This document shows, one piece after another, positions 12,156 through 23,695 of a DNA stretch of 64,000 bases. The notes under the pieces are model-generated. The model worked only from the letters and a program-made list of their open reading frames with translations, did no database searches and had not been told where the DNA came from. How positions within the stretch are numbered: position 1 is the stretch's first letter; each line of letters begins with the position of its first letter. Source of the stretch: Callorhinchus milii (lineage: Eukaryota); NCBI RefSeq assembly GCF_018977255.1, contig NW_024704743.1:34660001-34724000 (forward strand). Reading direction: 5' to 3'. The position numbers and the translations under genes are program-made.

Positions 12156-13057
12156 TGGCTCACGTCAGCGCCTCCGCACCTCAGGCGCTGACACCATCAG
12201 CATCCAAGGCTGCACTCTCCACCTCTCAAAGCCAGTCAGGAACCTCGGGGTTCTGTTCGACCCTGAGCTGTCTTTTCTCCCTCACATCCGCACCACAACT
12301 GGCACCGCCTTCCATCACCTCCGGAACATCGCCAGACTACGGCATTACCTCACCCCTCACGCTGCTGAAACCCTGGTCCACGCCTTTGTCACCTCAAGGC
12401 TGGACTATGGGAACTCTCTCCTCGCCGGCCTTCCCGCCACCTCCCTCCACAAGCTGCAGGTCATTCAGAACTCTGCAGCTCGTGTACTGTCCCGCACCAG
12501 GCTTCGGGACCACATCACTCCCACCCTCGCTCGCCTCCACTGGCTCCCCATCCCCCAGAGGATTGATTTCAAGATCCTCATCCTCACCTACAAGGCCATT
12601 CACGGCCTTGCTCCCTCCTTCCTCTCCAACCTACTATCCCCTACCTACCTGCCCGTACCCTCCGTTCCTCTGGCTCCGGTCTGCTCCACGTCCCCCGCCC
12701 CAACCGCCCTACCATCGGTGGTCGGGCCTTCAGCCTCTCAGCCCCCAGGCTCTGGAACTCCATCCCCCAGTGCCTTCGCCTTGCTTCCTCCCTTTCCTCC
12801 TTCAAGGCCGGTCTCAAAACCTTTCTCTTTGACCGAGCCTTCAGCTCCCCTCTCGACTCTCTTCCCCCTCCTCGCTCCCTCCCTTCCCTCCCCTCACCCT
12901 GACCATTTACCCCCTCCTCGCTCCCTCCCTTCCCTCCCCTCACCCTGACCATTTCCCCCCTGTTTGGGTCATGACCCAACTGTGCAGCGCCTTGGGACGT
13001 CCTCCTGACGTGAAAGGCGCTTTATAAATGGAATCTTGTTGTTGTTGTTGTTGTTGT
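12156..13057 (+). mobile_element. L2 family A 3' fragment in PXDC1 intron 2
   Basis: VRNLGVLFDPELSF, SRLDYGNSLLAGLP and LHWLPIPQRIDFKIL; near-identical to the 2.6 kb copy; (TTG)n tail. Confidence 0.93.
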
Positions 13058-13991
13058 AGTCTAAGTTGACACTTCAGTGCAGTATTAGGGGAGCACTGTA
13101 CTGTCAGAAATTCCGTCCTTTGGCTGAGACACTAAATCAAGGTCCTGTCCATTTTTTTCATTGCACTATTCAAAAAGAGAAACAAGTTTCTTTTGGCAAC
13201 CTGGCCAACCAATGCCCCAGATAAGTTAGTCTTTCACTTAATGGCTGTTTGTGAGACATTGATGGGTGCAAACTAGATATTGTATTTACCAACAAAATAG
13301 TTTACAGAAGACTTCTGTGAAAACTTTCCTTTAGTCTATGGTAAAATTAACTAAAAATGTAATAACCTGAATGGTTTTGCAAGTTGGCGTGATTTGCAAG
13401 GGGTTGGGCCTTGCACTAAGCTGACACTGCAGTGCAATGTTGCAAATGCTGTTCTTCAGATGAGATGTTAACCCGAGGTCCCAGCTGTCTGTTCATGTTT
13501 ATGTTAAAGATCCTGTGATGCTAGTTGAAAAAGGAGGGAGTTTCTCCTGGTGCCCTGGCCAACAATTCTCCAGATTAAAAAAATGATCATTCCCTTCATA
13601 GCTTGTTGTGGAACATTGCTGCGTGGAAACTGATTGCTGTGTTTGCCAACAAATTACAGCTGCTGCACTTTACAGAAAGCTTTGCAACGTTTCAACGTGA
13701 TAAGGCATCATATCAACTGCAAGGATTATACATTACAGAACACATATCTCAAAAAACCTATAACGTTGGAATTATATTCAAATTGTTCCATTATGCTCTT
13801 ACAAAATATTTGTAAGACTCTTTAAACTGGTTACTAAGCTATTATTCTGGTCCCACCCATTCTCTCATTCTGAGTAACGATGAGCTCAGAAATTCTGGGA
13901 TGAGACATATTCTGTAATACTCAGACAGTTAATACCATTCAGAATTATCTTACGCACTAAGAAAGAGGCATCTCGATAGAGCAAGACTTAC

Positions 13992-14083
13992 TTTACAGGG
14001 TAAGCTAATTATAATCTTCAGCACTTTCTCCACTTCGTTCAGTCTTGCTTCAATATCACGAGCCTCCTTCACTGCAACTAATC
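13992..14083 (-). CDS. PXDC1: PXDC1 coding exon 2 (92 nt)
   Basis: Acceptor ttttcccttccag|GA; encodes (G)[30 protein letters not shown]; donor AAA|GTAAGT. Phase continues exon 1. Confidence 0.95.
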
Positions 14084-15170
14084 CTGGAAGGGAAAAGAAA
14101 TGCAATATAAGACGCAATATAAACTCCAGGAACTGACTGCTACCAAACATTCGCACACATCACCATCAAACAGTACGATTTACAGGTGATGATTCTGCAA
14201 TTAAAGAATTCAAGTAAAGAAGAAGGTGTGCTTTCATAGACACTGTTGGGGTAAAATTCCACCTTGAGCTAAATTTACTCTTATTAATGTAGCATTTCAG
14301 AGCATGCAGAATTCGGCAAATTGTTGTATGCAGATTTGACTTTGAAGACCATTTCTATAGATCTTTAAACAACTAGCAGGACAAAAAAACTATTTCAAAG
14401 TTAAAGGTCTCCCAAATAGGAAAGTGAATCACGAGTGTCTCGTCTACAGCACGTCTGAGGCAGAGCATTCTACGTTTCCACAACTCTTCCTGAATAAGCT
14501 CATGTTATTTCTCAACCAAACAAGACTGAACAAGGTATAAATAAGTACATGGCCAAATGTTGTATTGGCCACAGCTCCTTGGGAACGCCATTCACTGTGA
14601 AATCATCCTTTCCTGTTTGCTGCTCTGATACACCTTTATATCATCACAAACATTAATTTGGTAACGTTGTGACCAACTAGGGGGAGTGGAGATAAGCAGG
14701 ATCTCTTCGAAGCTGAACTGGCTCCAAGGAGATTTGTTCAGTAACAGAGTGTTAACATCAATCTTGGGAATTTCCATGTATAGGTGGGATAGATGGAACT
14801 TTCAATTTGGTTTGGATACTCTTAAGCATGGGTTTCCACACGTATCAGACACCCAGCTGACCAAAAAACATTAGTAATATAATGTTCCTGCACAAGACAA
14901 TTGATTGTGCTTTAAAATCAACATTCACAGACCAAACATAAGATCTTGTACTGATTTAGAGTCATTCTGCAAATCTATTTATACATTCTCTATTGGAAAG
15001 ACCGATGTCATTAACTTTCCATACTTTTAATTATTTACAGTGAAACAAACTTCAAGTTTCAATTCAAAGCAATGGAAAATACACATCCGCTCACTCAATG
15101 ACACTTGTTATGGGTTCCAATGAGGGTTCCAAATGCCTTAGTGGGTATGGGCACTGCTCAATGTAGTGTT

Positions 15171-15482
15171 AATGATAATAATCCTTGCATTTGATATAGC
15201 GCTTTTCACATCTTCTAGATGTCTCAAAGTGCTTCACAGAATAGACTGTAAAGTGAATTGACTGTATATTTGTGGGCGAAACGCGGCAGCCAATTGCGCA
15301 CAGCAATGTCCCACAAACAGTCGTGGATTGAAAATGACCAATTTATTATTGTTTTGTTTTGGAGGGATTATTATTAGGGGTGTGGAATAAGGAAACTTGC
15401 CCAAGGTTTCACCCTGCCTGGAATTGAACCCAGGTGTCTCGCTTGCAATGCGAGTGCTCTAACCAATGAGCTACAGGACTCC
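15171..15482 (-). mobile_element. Young tRNA-derived SINE, internally deleted subfamily (PXDC1 intron 1)
   Basis: Same structure and same internal deletion as the 53995-54312 copy. Confidence 0.92.
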
Positions 15483-17221
15483 AAAGGTTAAGGTTTGATC
15501 CCTGGTTTATCTGAAGTTGGGTTGATCTCAGTCAGGCAATAGTTGGTTTTGATGTTCCTTTGGTTAGTGAGGAGGAAATAATCAACAAGTATCTCTGCTT
15601 CTGAACAATATCCATTGATTCCTGGGTGGGTGGGGACAGGACTGAGCTCAGCTCTGACGCCACCGTAGTTAAATAGCCTATCAACTAGCTCCTTGTTTTG
15701 GCAATAATGAAGAATGACAGAGAAGCCTGAACACAGTGAGTGCTTCAGTGGGTCACTGCTCTCATTTACTAAAGAGAAGTGAGTGATTAAACATCCTCTA
15801 ATCCTTTGGCAACTTCATTCTCATGAGAAGAAAGGGAGAGTGGGGAGTGGCTTTCTGCTGCTCTTGTCCATCTGATTCAACCACACCCCATGCACAGGTC
15901 AGCTCAACAACTCATTCTTCATCTGATTGTCAGTTGACAGGATGCCTCACAAGTGATTCATAGGAATAAGCTTGTGATTGCTATCGTCACACACAGCCAA
16001 CCACATATTGTCGACTAAACCAAATCATTCAGTCATCTGTCCGGCCCACAAAATCAGGAATTTCTGGCTTGTAATCTGCAAATTCCTGACTGCAAACAAG
16101 CCTGTTGTTCTGGAGAGCCTCTGATGATGCAAGCCTAGAGAATTTCTGAGAAGCTTTTAAAAGCTCCTCTTTGATGATTGCACTTTTAACGGATAATTGT
16201 TGTCTCTCCTTAGGTTTGTTTCAGGGCAGAGAGTGTTTTGGATCAATCAGAGAGTCCATTGTCTTTGTCCTGGCGTAGATTTGGGGGTCTAAAACACAAC
16301 AAATTCAAACTTTTTTTTCATGATGATTGTGATTCACAAACAATTGATTTCCTCCAGGAACGTGACCCATGAGCAATTCACTCCTATGAGATCCACCTTC
16401 GGGTTGGAGTCCTGCAGTCTGCATATTTCCTGTTAATGAAAGGAATTTGCATTTGTGACCTGGAGTCCTTATTAAGAAATCTTTAAATTGATGGTTTAAA
16501 TTGACACTTGTCGGATCCCCTCTCCTATATCACTTTACTTTTTATATTTTTTCCTGCTCCAATTTTCTTCCCATTTGTTTTTATCAGCCAGGAGTCTGGG
16601 ACACACCAAAACTGCTGTTATGATTTCTGAGTCAAACCGGGTTAGTCTTCAGAGTCTCAAGGTCCAAGCTATACCTCGCAGAAACAGAGTTTTTGCTTGG
16701 ACAATTCTGGAGTGCACAACCTTACCTGGGCAAGCATATGCCCTCTGCTTGCCTCAGTTTGAGAACAAAGACACAGATTGACAGAAGCCAAGACATTATG
16801 TGCCTCAAACACACAATACTGCTAAACTGAATCCTACCCTCACCAATATCCACACCCACCCATTTCCTCGCAGGGATCACTGGATAGTGATCCGGAGCAA
16901 AATTCTGTTTTATTTTACCAGGGCACTGATATTGATCTGATATATATTTGGATCCTTGTTTGCAGATCAGACCCCAGTGCAATTCTTGAGCATAAGACTG
17001 AAATCAGGCAAATGCATAAATAGGCAGCATGAAAACTGCATGATCAGGATTTCCATAGATTATTTACATATATACTTAAAATTGTAATTGAACCTCCACC
17101 CATATAATTACTGCTTTTGCAAATAATCTGCAGCTAAACCTCTTTTGTGCATAAAACGTGACCTGTAAGACGTGGCTGGTCTAACATTTCACCTACCAAG
17201 GGTGAGGACAATGCAGAGGAG

Positions 17222-17302
17222 AAAGAAAGGTAGCAAAGTGTACTTCACAAAGAAAAGTAATTATATGCACTTGACAAAGAAAGGTAACAATGAATACTTC
17301 AC
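17222..17302. repeat. Degenerate 27-bp tandem repeat x3
   Basis: aaagaaaggtagcaaagtgtacttcac / aaagaaaagtaattatatgcacttgac / aaagaaaggtaacaatgaatacttcac. Confidence 0.8.
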
Positions 17303-17900
17303 AAAAAAAAGGAAGAAAATACGCTTCTTTGTGTTCACTTCAACCCACGACTGTTTGTGGGACACTTCTGTGCGCAATTGGCTGCCGCATTTTGCCCACA
17401 AATACACAGTCAATTCACTTTACAGTCTATTCTGTGAAGTGCTTTGAGATGTCTAGAAGACATGAAAAGCGCTACATCAAATGCAAGGATTATTATTCTT
17501 TTATTATTGTTTGTTTGCATAGAAGAAAGTCACTAAACCTGACAGTCATTACTGTAAAGCGCCCACAGATATTTTAACGTACGTTATAAAACTGAAAACA
17601 TCCTAAATTACAGTGATGTTTTCAAGTGCAGCACACACAACTAATTGTGGCACTTTGTGTGATTCCAATACTATGGGGAGGAGCGGGGAGCTATGTTAAA
17701 AGCTGGTACAGAAATTATAATAAGCAGTGAGGAGCAATAAAGTGTGACTTCATTCACAACTCCTATTTTTATAGTTCTGTTTGAAAATGCAAATCAGCAT
17801 CTGGATGTTTTTTCTGTTCCTGGTGAGAGTGGTTAAGTCTCCAGTAATAAGCTGAAAGCTGAATCTCTCAACATGCGTCAATGAGACTTTTTTCTTCCCT

Positions 17901-17993
17901 TGGAACAACTTTGGCTATGATTCAGTTATAACATGTAAAATTGGCTTCTTTTACAAGTTTTTAACTGAATCATTCATAGCCAAAGTTGCCCCA
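17901..17993. repeat. Inverted repeat / hairpin in PXDC1 intron 1
   Basis: Arms CAACTTTGGCTATGA-TTCAGTTATAACATGTAAAA and TTTTACAAGTTTTTAACTGAATCATTCATAGCCAAAGTTG around an 8-nt loop. Confidence 0.9.
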
Positions 17994-18339
17994 CACTAGC
18001 TCTGCTCCCAGCACACCTTTGACCATTACTGAAACCGTTGTTCTGCGTTTTACTCATTAGGTAACACTCTCACCTCTGGTTCTCGAAGCCATAGATTGGG
18101 ACTTCAGCTCAAAGTCTCAGGTGACTCTCTAATGCATCTTTGATTTCTCAAACACTGTCTTCTCAATCTCACCTGTCCAGCTAGGGGAGGCAGGAAAAAT
18201 TTGAGGCTGGGATGATCCATAATGCTCTCATCTGCCCCACAAGAGGCCACAAACTATTCACGAAGGCCTTGAAACAGAGCTTCACTAGCCTCAGAGATAT
18301 AGTATGAAATAACCAGACTCAGTCCGGTACTTGAGCAGA

Positions 18340-18697
18340 AGTCTAGATGGGGTGATAGGGTCACAGAGCCTGGTGTGGGAGAGGACACAGGCTGCAGAGT
18401 TCTGGATGATCTGCAGCCTATAGAGGGAGGAGTTGGGGAGGCTGATTAGCAAGGAGTTTGCATAGTCAAGCCTGGATGTTCTGAATGTGTGTATGAGTGT
18501 TTCGGTGGCCTGCGATGTGAGATGTTGCGGATGTGAGGGAAGGCAGAGCGGGTCATGGCACAGATGCGGGGTAGAAAGGATAGTTGAGGGTCAAACAAGA
18601 AGCCAAGGTTCCAGACTGGCTTAGTAAGGTGGAGTGTGCAACCATGGATGGTGATGCTGTCAGTGCCTGAAGTGAGAAGGCGTTGACAGGAGCCAAG
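18340..18697 (-). mobile_element. Older internal L2 fragment
   Basis: Reverse strand gives KPVWNLGFLFDPQLSF and SRLDYANSLL, homologous to family A ORF2. Confidence 0.8.
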
Positions 18698-18704
18698 ATA
18701 GAGT

Positions 18705-18990
18705 ATACCCTAAAGTGAATTGACTGTATTTTGTGGTAAAACGTGACAACTTATTACGCACAGCAGTGTCCCACAAACCGTCATGGATTGAGTGATCACG
18801 TTATTTAAAAAGGGACTAATGCCCCCAAAAAGCGATCCACCAATCAACTAACAATCAGGTTCCTACTTACTACAAGGTAAACAGAGGCGTGTGGAGTAAG
18901 GAAACTTGCCTAACGTTTTGCCCTGCCAGGAATCGAACCTGGTCCTCTCGTTTGCGACCGAGTACTGTAACCAATACGCTACAGATCTCC
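18705..18990 (-). mobile_element. tRNA-derived SINE, 3'-truncated
   Basis: Head, central domain and part of the tail of the same family. Confidence 0.82.
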
Positions 18991-19989
18991 AGCATATGAC
19001 ATTTTCAAAACATCTTGAAATCAATTTGGGAGAAAAATCTTGAATCACAGTGAGCTACTATCCAATCTTAAAGTGACTAGATCATTAAGCAGTGCTGTAG
19101 ACATTAAGATAGTGAAGCATTCAGTCCAATAGTGATTTACCATTTTGTTTCCAGGCTTGGAGCAAAAATACATATTAATACATATTAATCTGGTCAACCC
19201 AGCCCTATGTCATTTATCCCTTATGGAAAATGTGTAACAGTACACTTTCAAAATGAAAACATCAGGATAAAGTTAGATTTATTTACAACACATAAGTATT
19301 GTAAGTCACTTTGTCAATATTGCCTCCAGTGAATGTTTAATTTATAAATTGAGGGATGTAGGTCGTTCAAAACATTTCATTGCTGAAGCACTTTTAATTG
19401 GTCTTTTGAGTCAATAGGATATCTCACCATGAGGGTGCATTTTAAAACCAAGCATTTACCATGTATTGCATTGAACATCAACATCCTCTCCTCTTCGTTC
19501 TGCCTAACTACCGGTTTCTAAATCATTTTATTTTTCAATGAGAGCTACTGATGACATCAACCCAACCAAAATTCTCACCACTCAACTTCAACTGACTTAA
19601 AGGAAATACTCATGCTGACTGTTCGGAGCTGAATTAGCACTATTAACATTCTAATCATACAACCCAGAATGATTCAGTATATACTGCATATATGGATCTG
19701 ATGAGCATTAATAACAATATATACACACATTCATGTATGATTCAATATCAATGGTATTTCAATATTACAATAATAAGAGGTTGTCAAGAAGAAAGTCAAA
19801 ATTCTAAAGGACACAATATGAAGTGAAAAAGAGGAGGTTTGGGAGGTTTTTAACATCAAGGGCTTTAATAATATGCCGTCCAACATCCAACACACGCCAT
19901 GTGAGGTTCAGGACTTGGTAATTGCAAGGCAGAGGTTCTGGATAGGTTCATGGGAGTGAAACAAATACAACACTGTAATGAACTGTACC

Positions 19990-20415
19990 CTAAGGTACTT
20001 AGAGGGACAAATCTCAGAGAAGAGTTATACAAATGTTAAAGAAACAAGTGATGAAGAATTACTAGATAAGCTTGAGCTCTTTAGCCTGGGAAAAATGTCC
20101 ACCTCAAAGGGAGTTGGAGGAATACATAAAAGTAAATGCAAATCAAAGTAAATATTCTGGCAACAGAGTAAATAAGCATGCACAGGTTTAGGGTTGTGAA
20201 TGGCAATTTTCGGTCAGACACCAAGAAGTATTTCTTACCCAGGAGGTAATCAACAGCTGGAATTAGTTACCAAAGGATAATGGTAGAGCCTAGGACATTC
20301 AACGTAAGAAACTGCTTGATATTGTAAAGGTGGTAGAGATAGAACAAGTACTCTGGAAGGATGAGTTCAAATGGGCTGAAATGTTTTCTTCATCTGAACC
20401 TCTTGTGCTCTTGTG
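19990..20415 (+). mobile_element. Old CR1 3' remnant
   Basis: Degenerate ...EELLDKLELFSL... and FLTQEVINSWN*LP motifs, followed by a CR1-like 3' end (ATGGGCTGAAATG...TCTTGTG). Confidence 0.6.
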
Positions 20416-20711
20416 TGTATAGAGCTGAATTAACAATAATATCATTATAACACTCAGAGATGATTCAGTATTGACTGTGTCTGTGAATTTTTGCTTCCCC
20501 ACACTAGCAGACTCAACAATCCTTCCAAGTTACTTCCCTTCCTCCCCACCACCCACTTACTGTGTAAACCAAAATAGTTAAAACATTTACAGAACAACAT
20601 GATGCTGATTTTAACCATATTTTCTTGAAAATTTGACATTCAGCACCTTGAGACGTTCTCCAGGTATGAAAGGCACTATACAAATACAATTTGTTGTTAA
20701 TGTTGTACTTC

Positions 20712-21360
20712 AACTCACCAAGCCAGTCAGGAACCTAGGTGTTTTGTTCGACCATCAACTGTCTTTTCTTCCCCACATCCAAGCCTTGACCCGCTCTGCC
20801 TTCCCTCACCTCTGTAACATCGCCCGATTCCACCACTACCTCACCCCTCAGGCCACTGAAACTCTTGTTCATGCCTTCATCATCTCCAGGCTCGACTATG
20901 CAACGCCCTACTTGTCAGCCTTTCCAACTCCTCCCTCCACAGGCTGCAGATAATCCAGAACTCTGCAGCCTGTGTCCTCTCCCGCAGCAAACTCCGTGAT
21001 CCCATCTCCTCCATTCTCGCCCGACTCCATTGGCTTCCTATCCTTCAGAGGATCCAGTTCACGATCCTGATCCTCACCTACAAAGCCCTCCATGGCATCA
21101 CCCCACCCTACCTCTGCGACCACCTAACCCCCTACCAACCCGCCTGCTCCCTCTGCTCAGCCGGCTCTGTCCTGCTCCACGTCCCCGACCCACCCGCCCC
21201 ACCATTGGCGGGACCATGCCATCTGTCACCCCCCTTCCCCTCCCCTCCTTTCTCCCCCCTGACCCCCGCTTGGGTCTGAAATGCTGTACACTGTTCAGCG
21301 CCTTGGGACGTACGCCCGACGTGAAAGGCACTATACAAATGTAATCTTGTTGTTGTTGTT
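20712..21360 (+). mobile_element. L2 3' fragment, diverged relative of family A
   Basis: KPVRNLGVLFDHQLSF and ISRLDY motifs; stem-loop and (TTG)n tail. Confidence 0.88.
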
Positions 21361-22765
21361 CACTGGCAAAGAAATTTCACAATAAAATATCTAAACAGAT
21401 CATCTGATAAAGGTGAGATGTTCCAATAGGATTCTTATCTCCTCCCAAACTATAAAATACACTTTACAGTAAATCCCGTGAAGCGCTTTGAAAGTTCCTC
21501 CTGATGTGAAAGAGGTTATATAAAATGCCTTTTTTTATTGCTTTATCTACTGTCTTAGGCACAAAAACTACCCTTGTAATCTCTTATTATTTTTCTTTGA
21601 GTTCTTATTTTCCTTTTAGGAAATAACACCATGGGTACAGTATATGGGTAGTTCAGGACATATGCGAATGCAACCGCAAGGAAGGTGGAAGGCGAACTAG
21701 ATGGACCTTGGTCTTCTTTTCCTCTGGTATTTCTGACCTTCTTATGTTAATTTCCCTGAACTGGAAATGGAATGGAAAGACTGCTCAAAGATGCAGATGA
21801 GAAACTGAGAGTTTAACGTCTCATAGGCTAAATGTCTCTTTTGGGACCTTTTTATAGCTGGGCAGTGCTCGTTAAGTATAATTCAAAGTTTTTTGGGAGT
21901 GGGAGTGGGGGGGGGGGGGGGGGAAATAACTGGTGGAGAAAAACTGGCGAGGTAAAAGCTGCTGCTGTACGCAATACCACCAGTAGCCTCTCAGGGGCAT
22001 CACTTGGCAGTCCATGGAGAGGTGGGGAGGAGGAAAGTCTGGTGTGTGGTCTGGGCTGAAAGTCTCAGCTTTCAAAACACCAGATGAGAAACACAGATTC
22101 GAGAGGATCAGCGCAAAGGAACATTTCTGCAAAGCAGATGTGTATCTCTGCAGATAAACAGAAGTAAGGGAGTCGATGATGTCCCCTAAAACTGTTCAGC
22201 AGAGGTTCGGGTCACACACGGGCTGTTTGGGTGCTTTTGCGCAAAGAAACGATTGGAAACGAATGATAAAAAAATTAAAAGGTGGTGTGTGTGGATGGGA
22301 TCGGATTGCCCTGAGTGGCACTGAGCAGTGCATCGATAATTCAAAGGGGGGAGAGCATCTTCGGGAAAGTTATCACCGGAAAGACTGCTCTGCCACACAG
22401 CTCTCACATGCGTAAAGGATTTCGTATTTCCTTCGCAAGAGAGAGGAGAGAGAGAGAGAGAGAGAGAGGAAAAAAAACATCCACTGCAGTTCCCCGGAAA
22501 ATAAATCCAGCAATTCCTCCTCTCGATCCGAATGCGCTCTCGACTGGATCCGCAGCTCTCGACGGCCCAAACCGGAGTCTGCACACAGTCTCGGAGCTTT
22601 TTGCAGAGCTGTCACAGGTCGTGCGGATCCTTCGCTGCTGCGGTTTGTGATCTTATGTTGTCAAATAAACTCCAAGGGCTGAGGTGTCCTTTGCCGATCG
22701 TTTTACACGAACAAATACAACGCGTGGTTTGGTTGAATTGTGTTATTATTATTTTTTTGATGCGT

Positions 22766-22869
22766 CTGTGTGTGTGTGTGTCTGTGTGTGTGTGTGTGTC
22801 TGTGTGTGTGTGTCTGTCTGTGTGTGTCTGTGTGTGTGTGTGTGTGTGTGGTGGGGGGGGGGGGGGGGG
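22766..22869. repeat. (TG)n microsatellite with TC interruptions plus poly-G
   Basis: Directly visible. Confidence 0.97.
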
Positions 22870-23232
22870 TGACAAGAGCTGCTATTAACTGTTCCCACAC
22901 AGTGAATTTTACACAAGATTTTCGAAGCAAAACCCCCTTTTTCCTTCCCCTTCTCCTGCCACCGGTACTATAACTCGGTTTGGATAACACTCCCATCACT
23001 AGATCTGTGGGGGAGAGGAGGAGCAGTCGGTGGAACTGTTGCACTTCTTCTCTGAATGATTCCGAGCCACGAATCGCACTTTAACCCGAGTCAGAACCAG
23101 GACAGGAACAGCCACCGTGCGAGGCAACTCCCTAACTTTAAGCCCTTTTTTTAAAAAAAAAATAGCCGTCGTCGTCATTGTTTATTTGTTGCTTAAAAAA
23201 AAAACCCTCCCACTAAAAGTAATGAGACTTTT

Positions 23233-23326
23233 GGGTCCTGACCCAACTGTACAGCGCCTTGGGACGTCCTCCCGACGTGAAAGGCGCTCAATAAATGGAA
23301 TCTTGTTGTTGTTGTTGTTGTTGTTG
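23233..23326 (+). mobile_element. L2 family A, 3' tail only
   Basis: GGGTCCTGACCCAACTGTACAGCGCCTTGGGACGTCCTCCCGACGTGAAAGGCGC...GGAATC(TTG)n. Confidence 0.9.
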
Positions 23327-23439
23327 AGACGAGTTTGCTGTGTAACGCTGTCTGGGGGGTGTGGGGGGTGGGGGGTGGGGGGGGGTTACATGACTCTGTA
23401 ACGTTTGCAAAAAAAAAAAGAAAAGAAATTAATCCAAAC

Positions 23440-23695
23440 CTTGGACGAGGGGCGATCCGGAGAGCTGAGCCTGGTCCGCGGGGAAGGGGAAGGTCTCCAG
23501 TAACCTCTTGAAGACTCGGGTCAGGTCTGAGTAACTCCTGTGTAAGTAAAGCACATTCCTGTCCGACCACTCGCTCCGGATCTCGAAAAACTCCTCTTCC
23601 CTCCGGTTGACGATGAGTTTCCTGACGCCGTTCACCCAACAGTCCTTCACGTACATGTTGACCAGAGAGGTCCCTTCAAACACAGCCGACGCCAT
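23440..23695 (-). CDS. PXDC1: PX domain-containing protein 1, coding exon 1 (256 nt)
   Basis: Translates [55 protein letters not shown]...PLVQ-G, matching the recalled vertebrate PXDC1 N-terminus. Strong Kozak context (AGGATGG). Donor CAAG|GTTTGG, phase 1. Confidence 0.95.

Noticed and set aside
4904..23439. Strand bias of retroelements within PXDC1 introns
   Set aside because: Both orientations are present and the numbers are too small to claim a bias.
23429..23695. The 88-aa ORF as a standalone small protein
   Set aside because: It is PXDC1 exon 1 read three codons past the splice donor.
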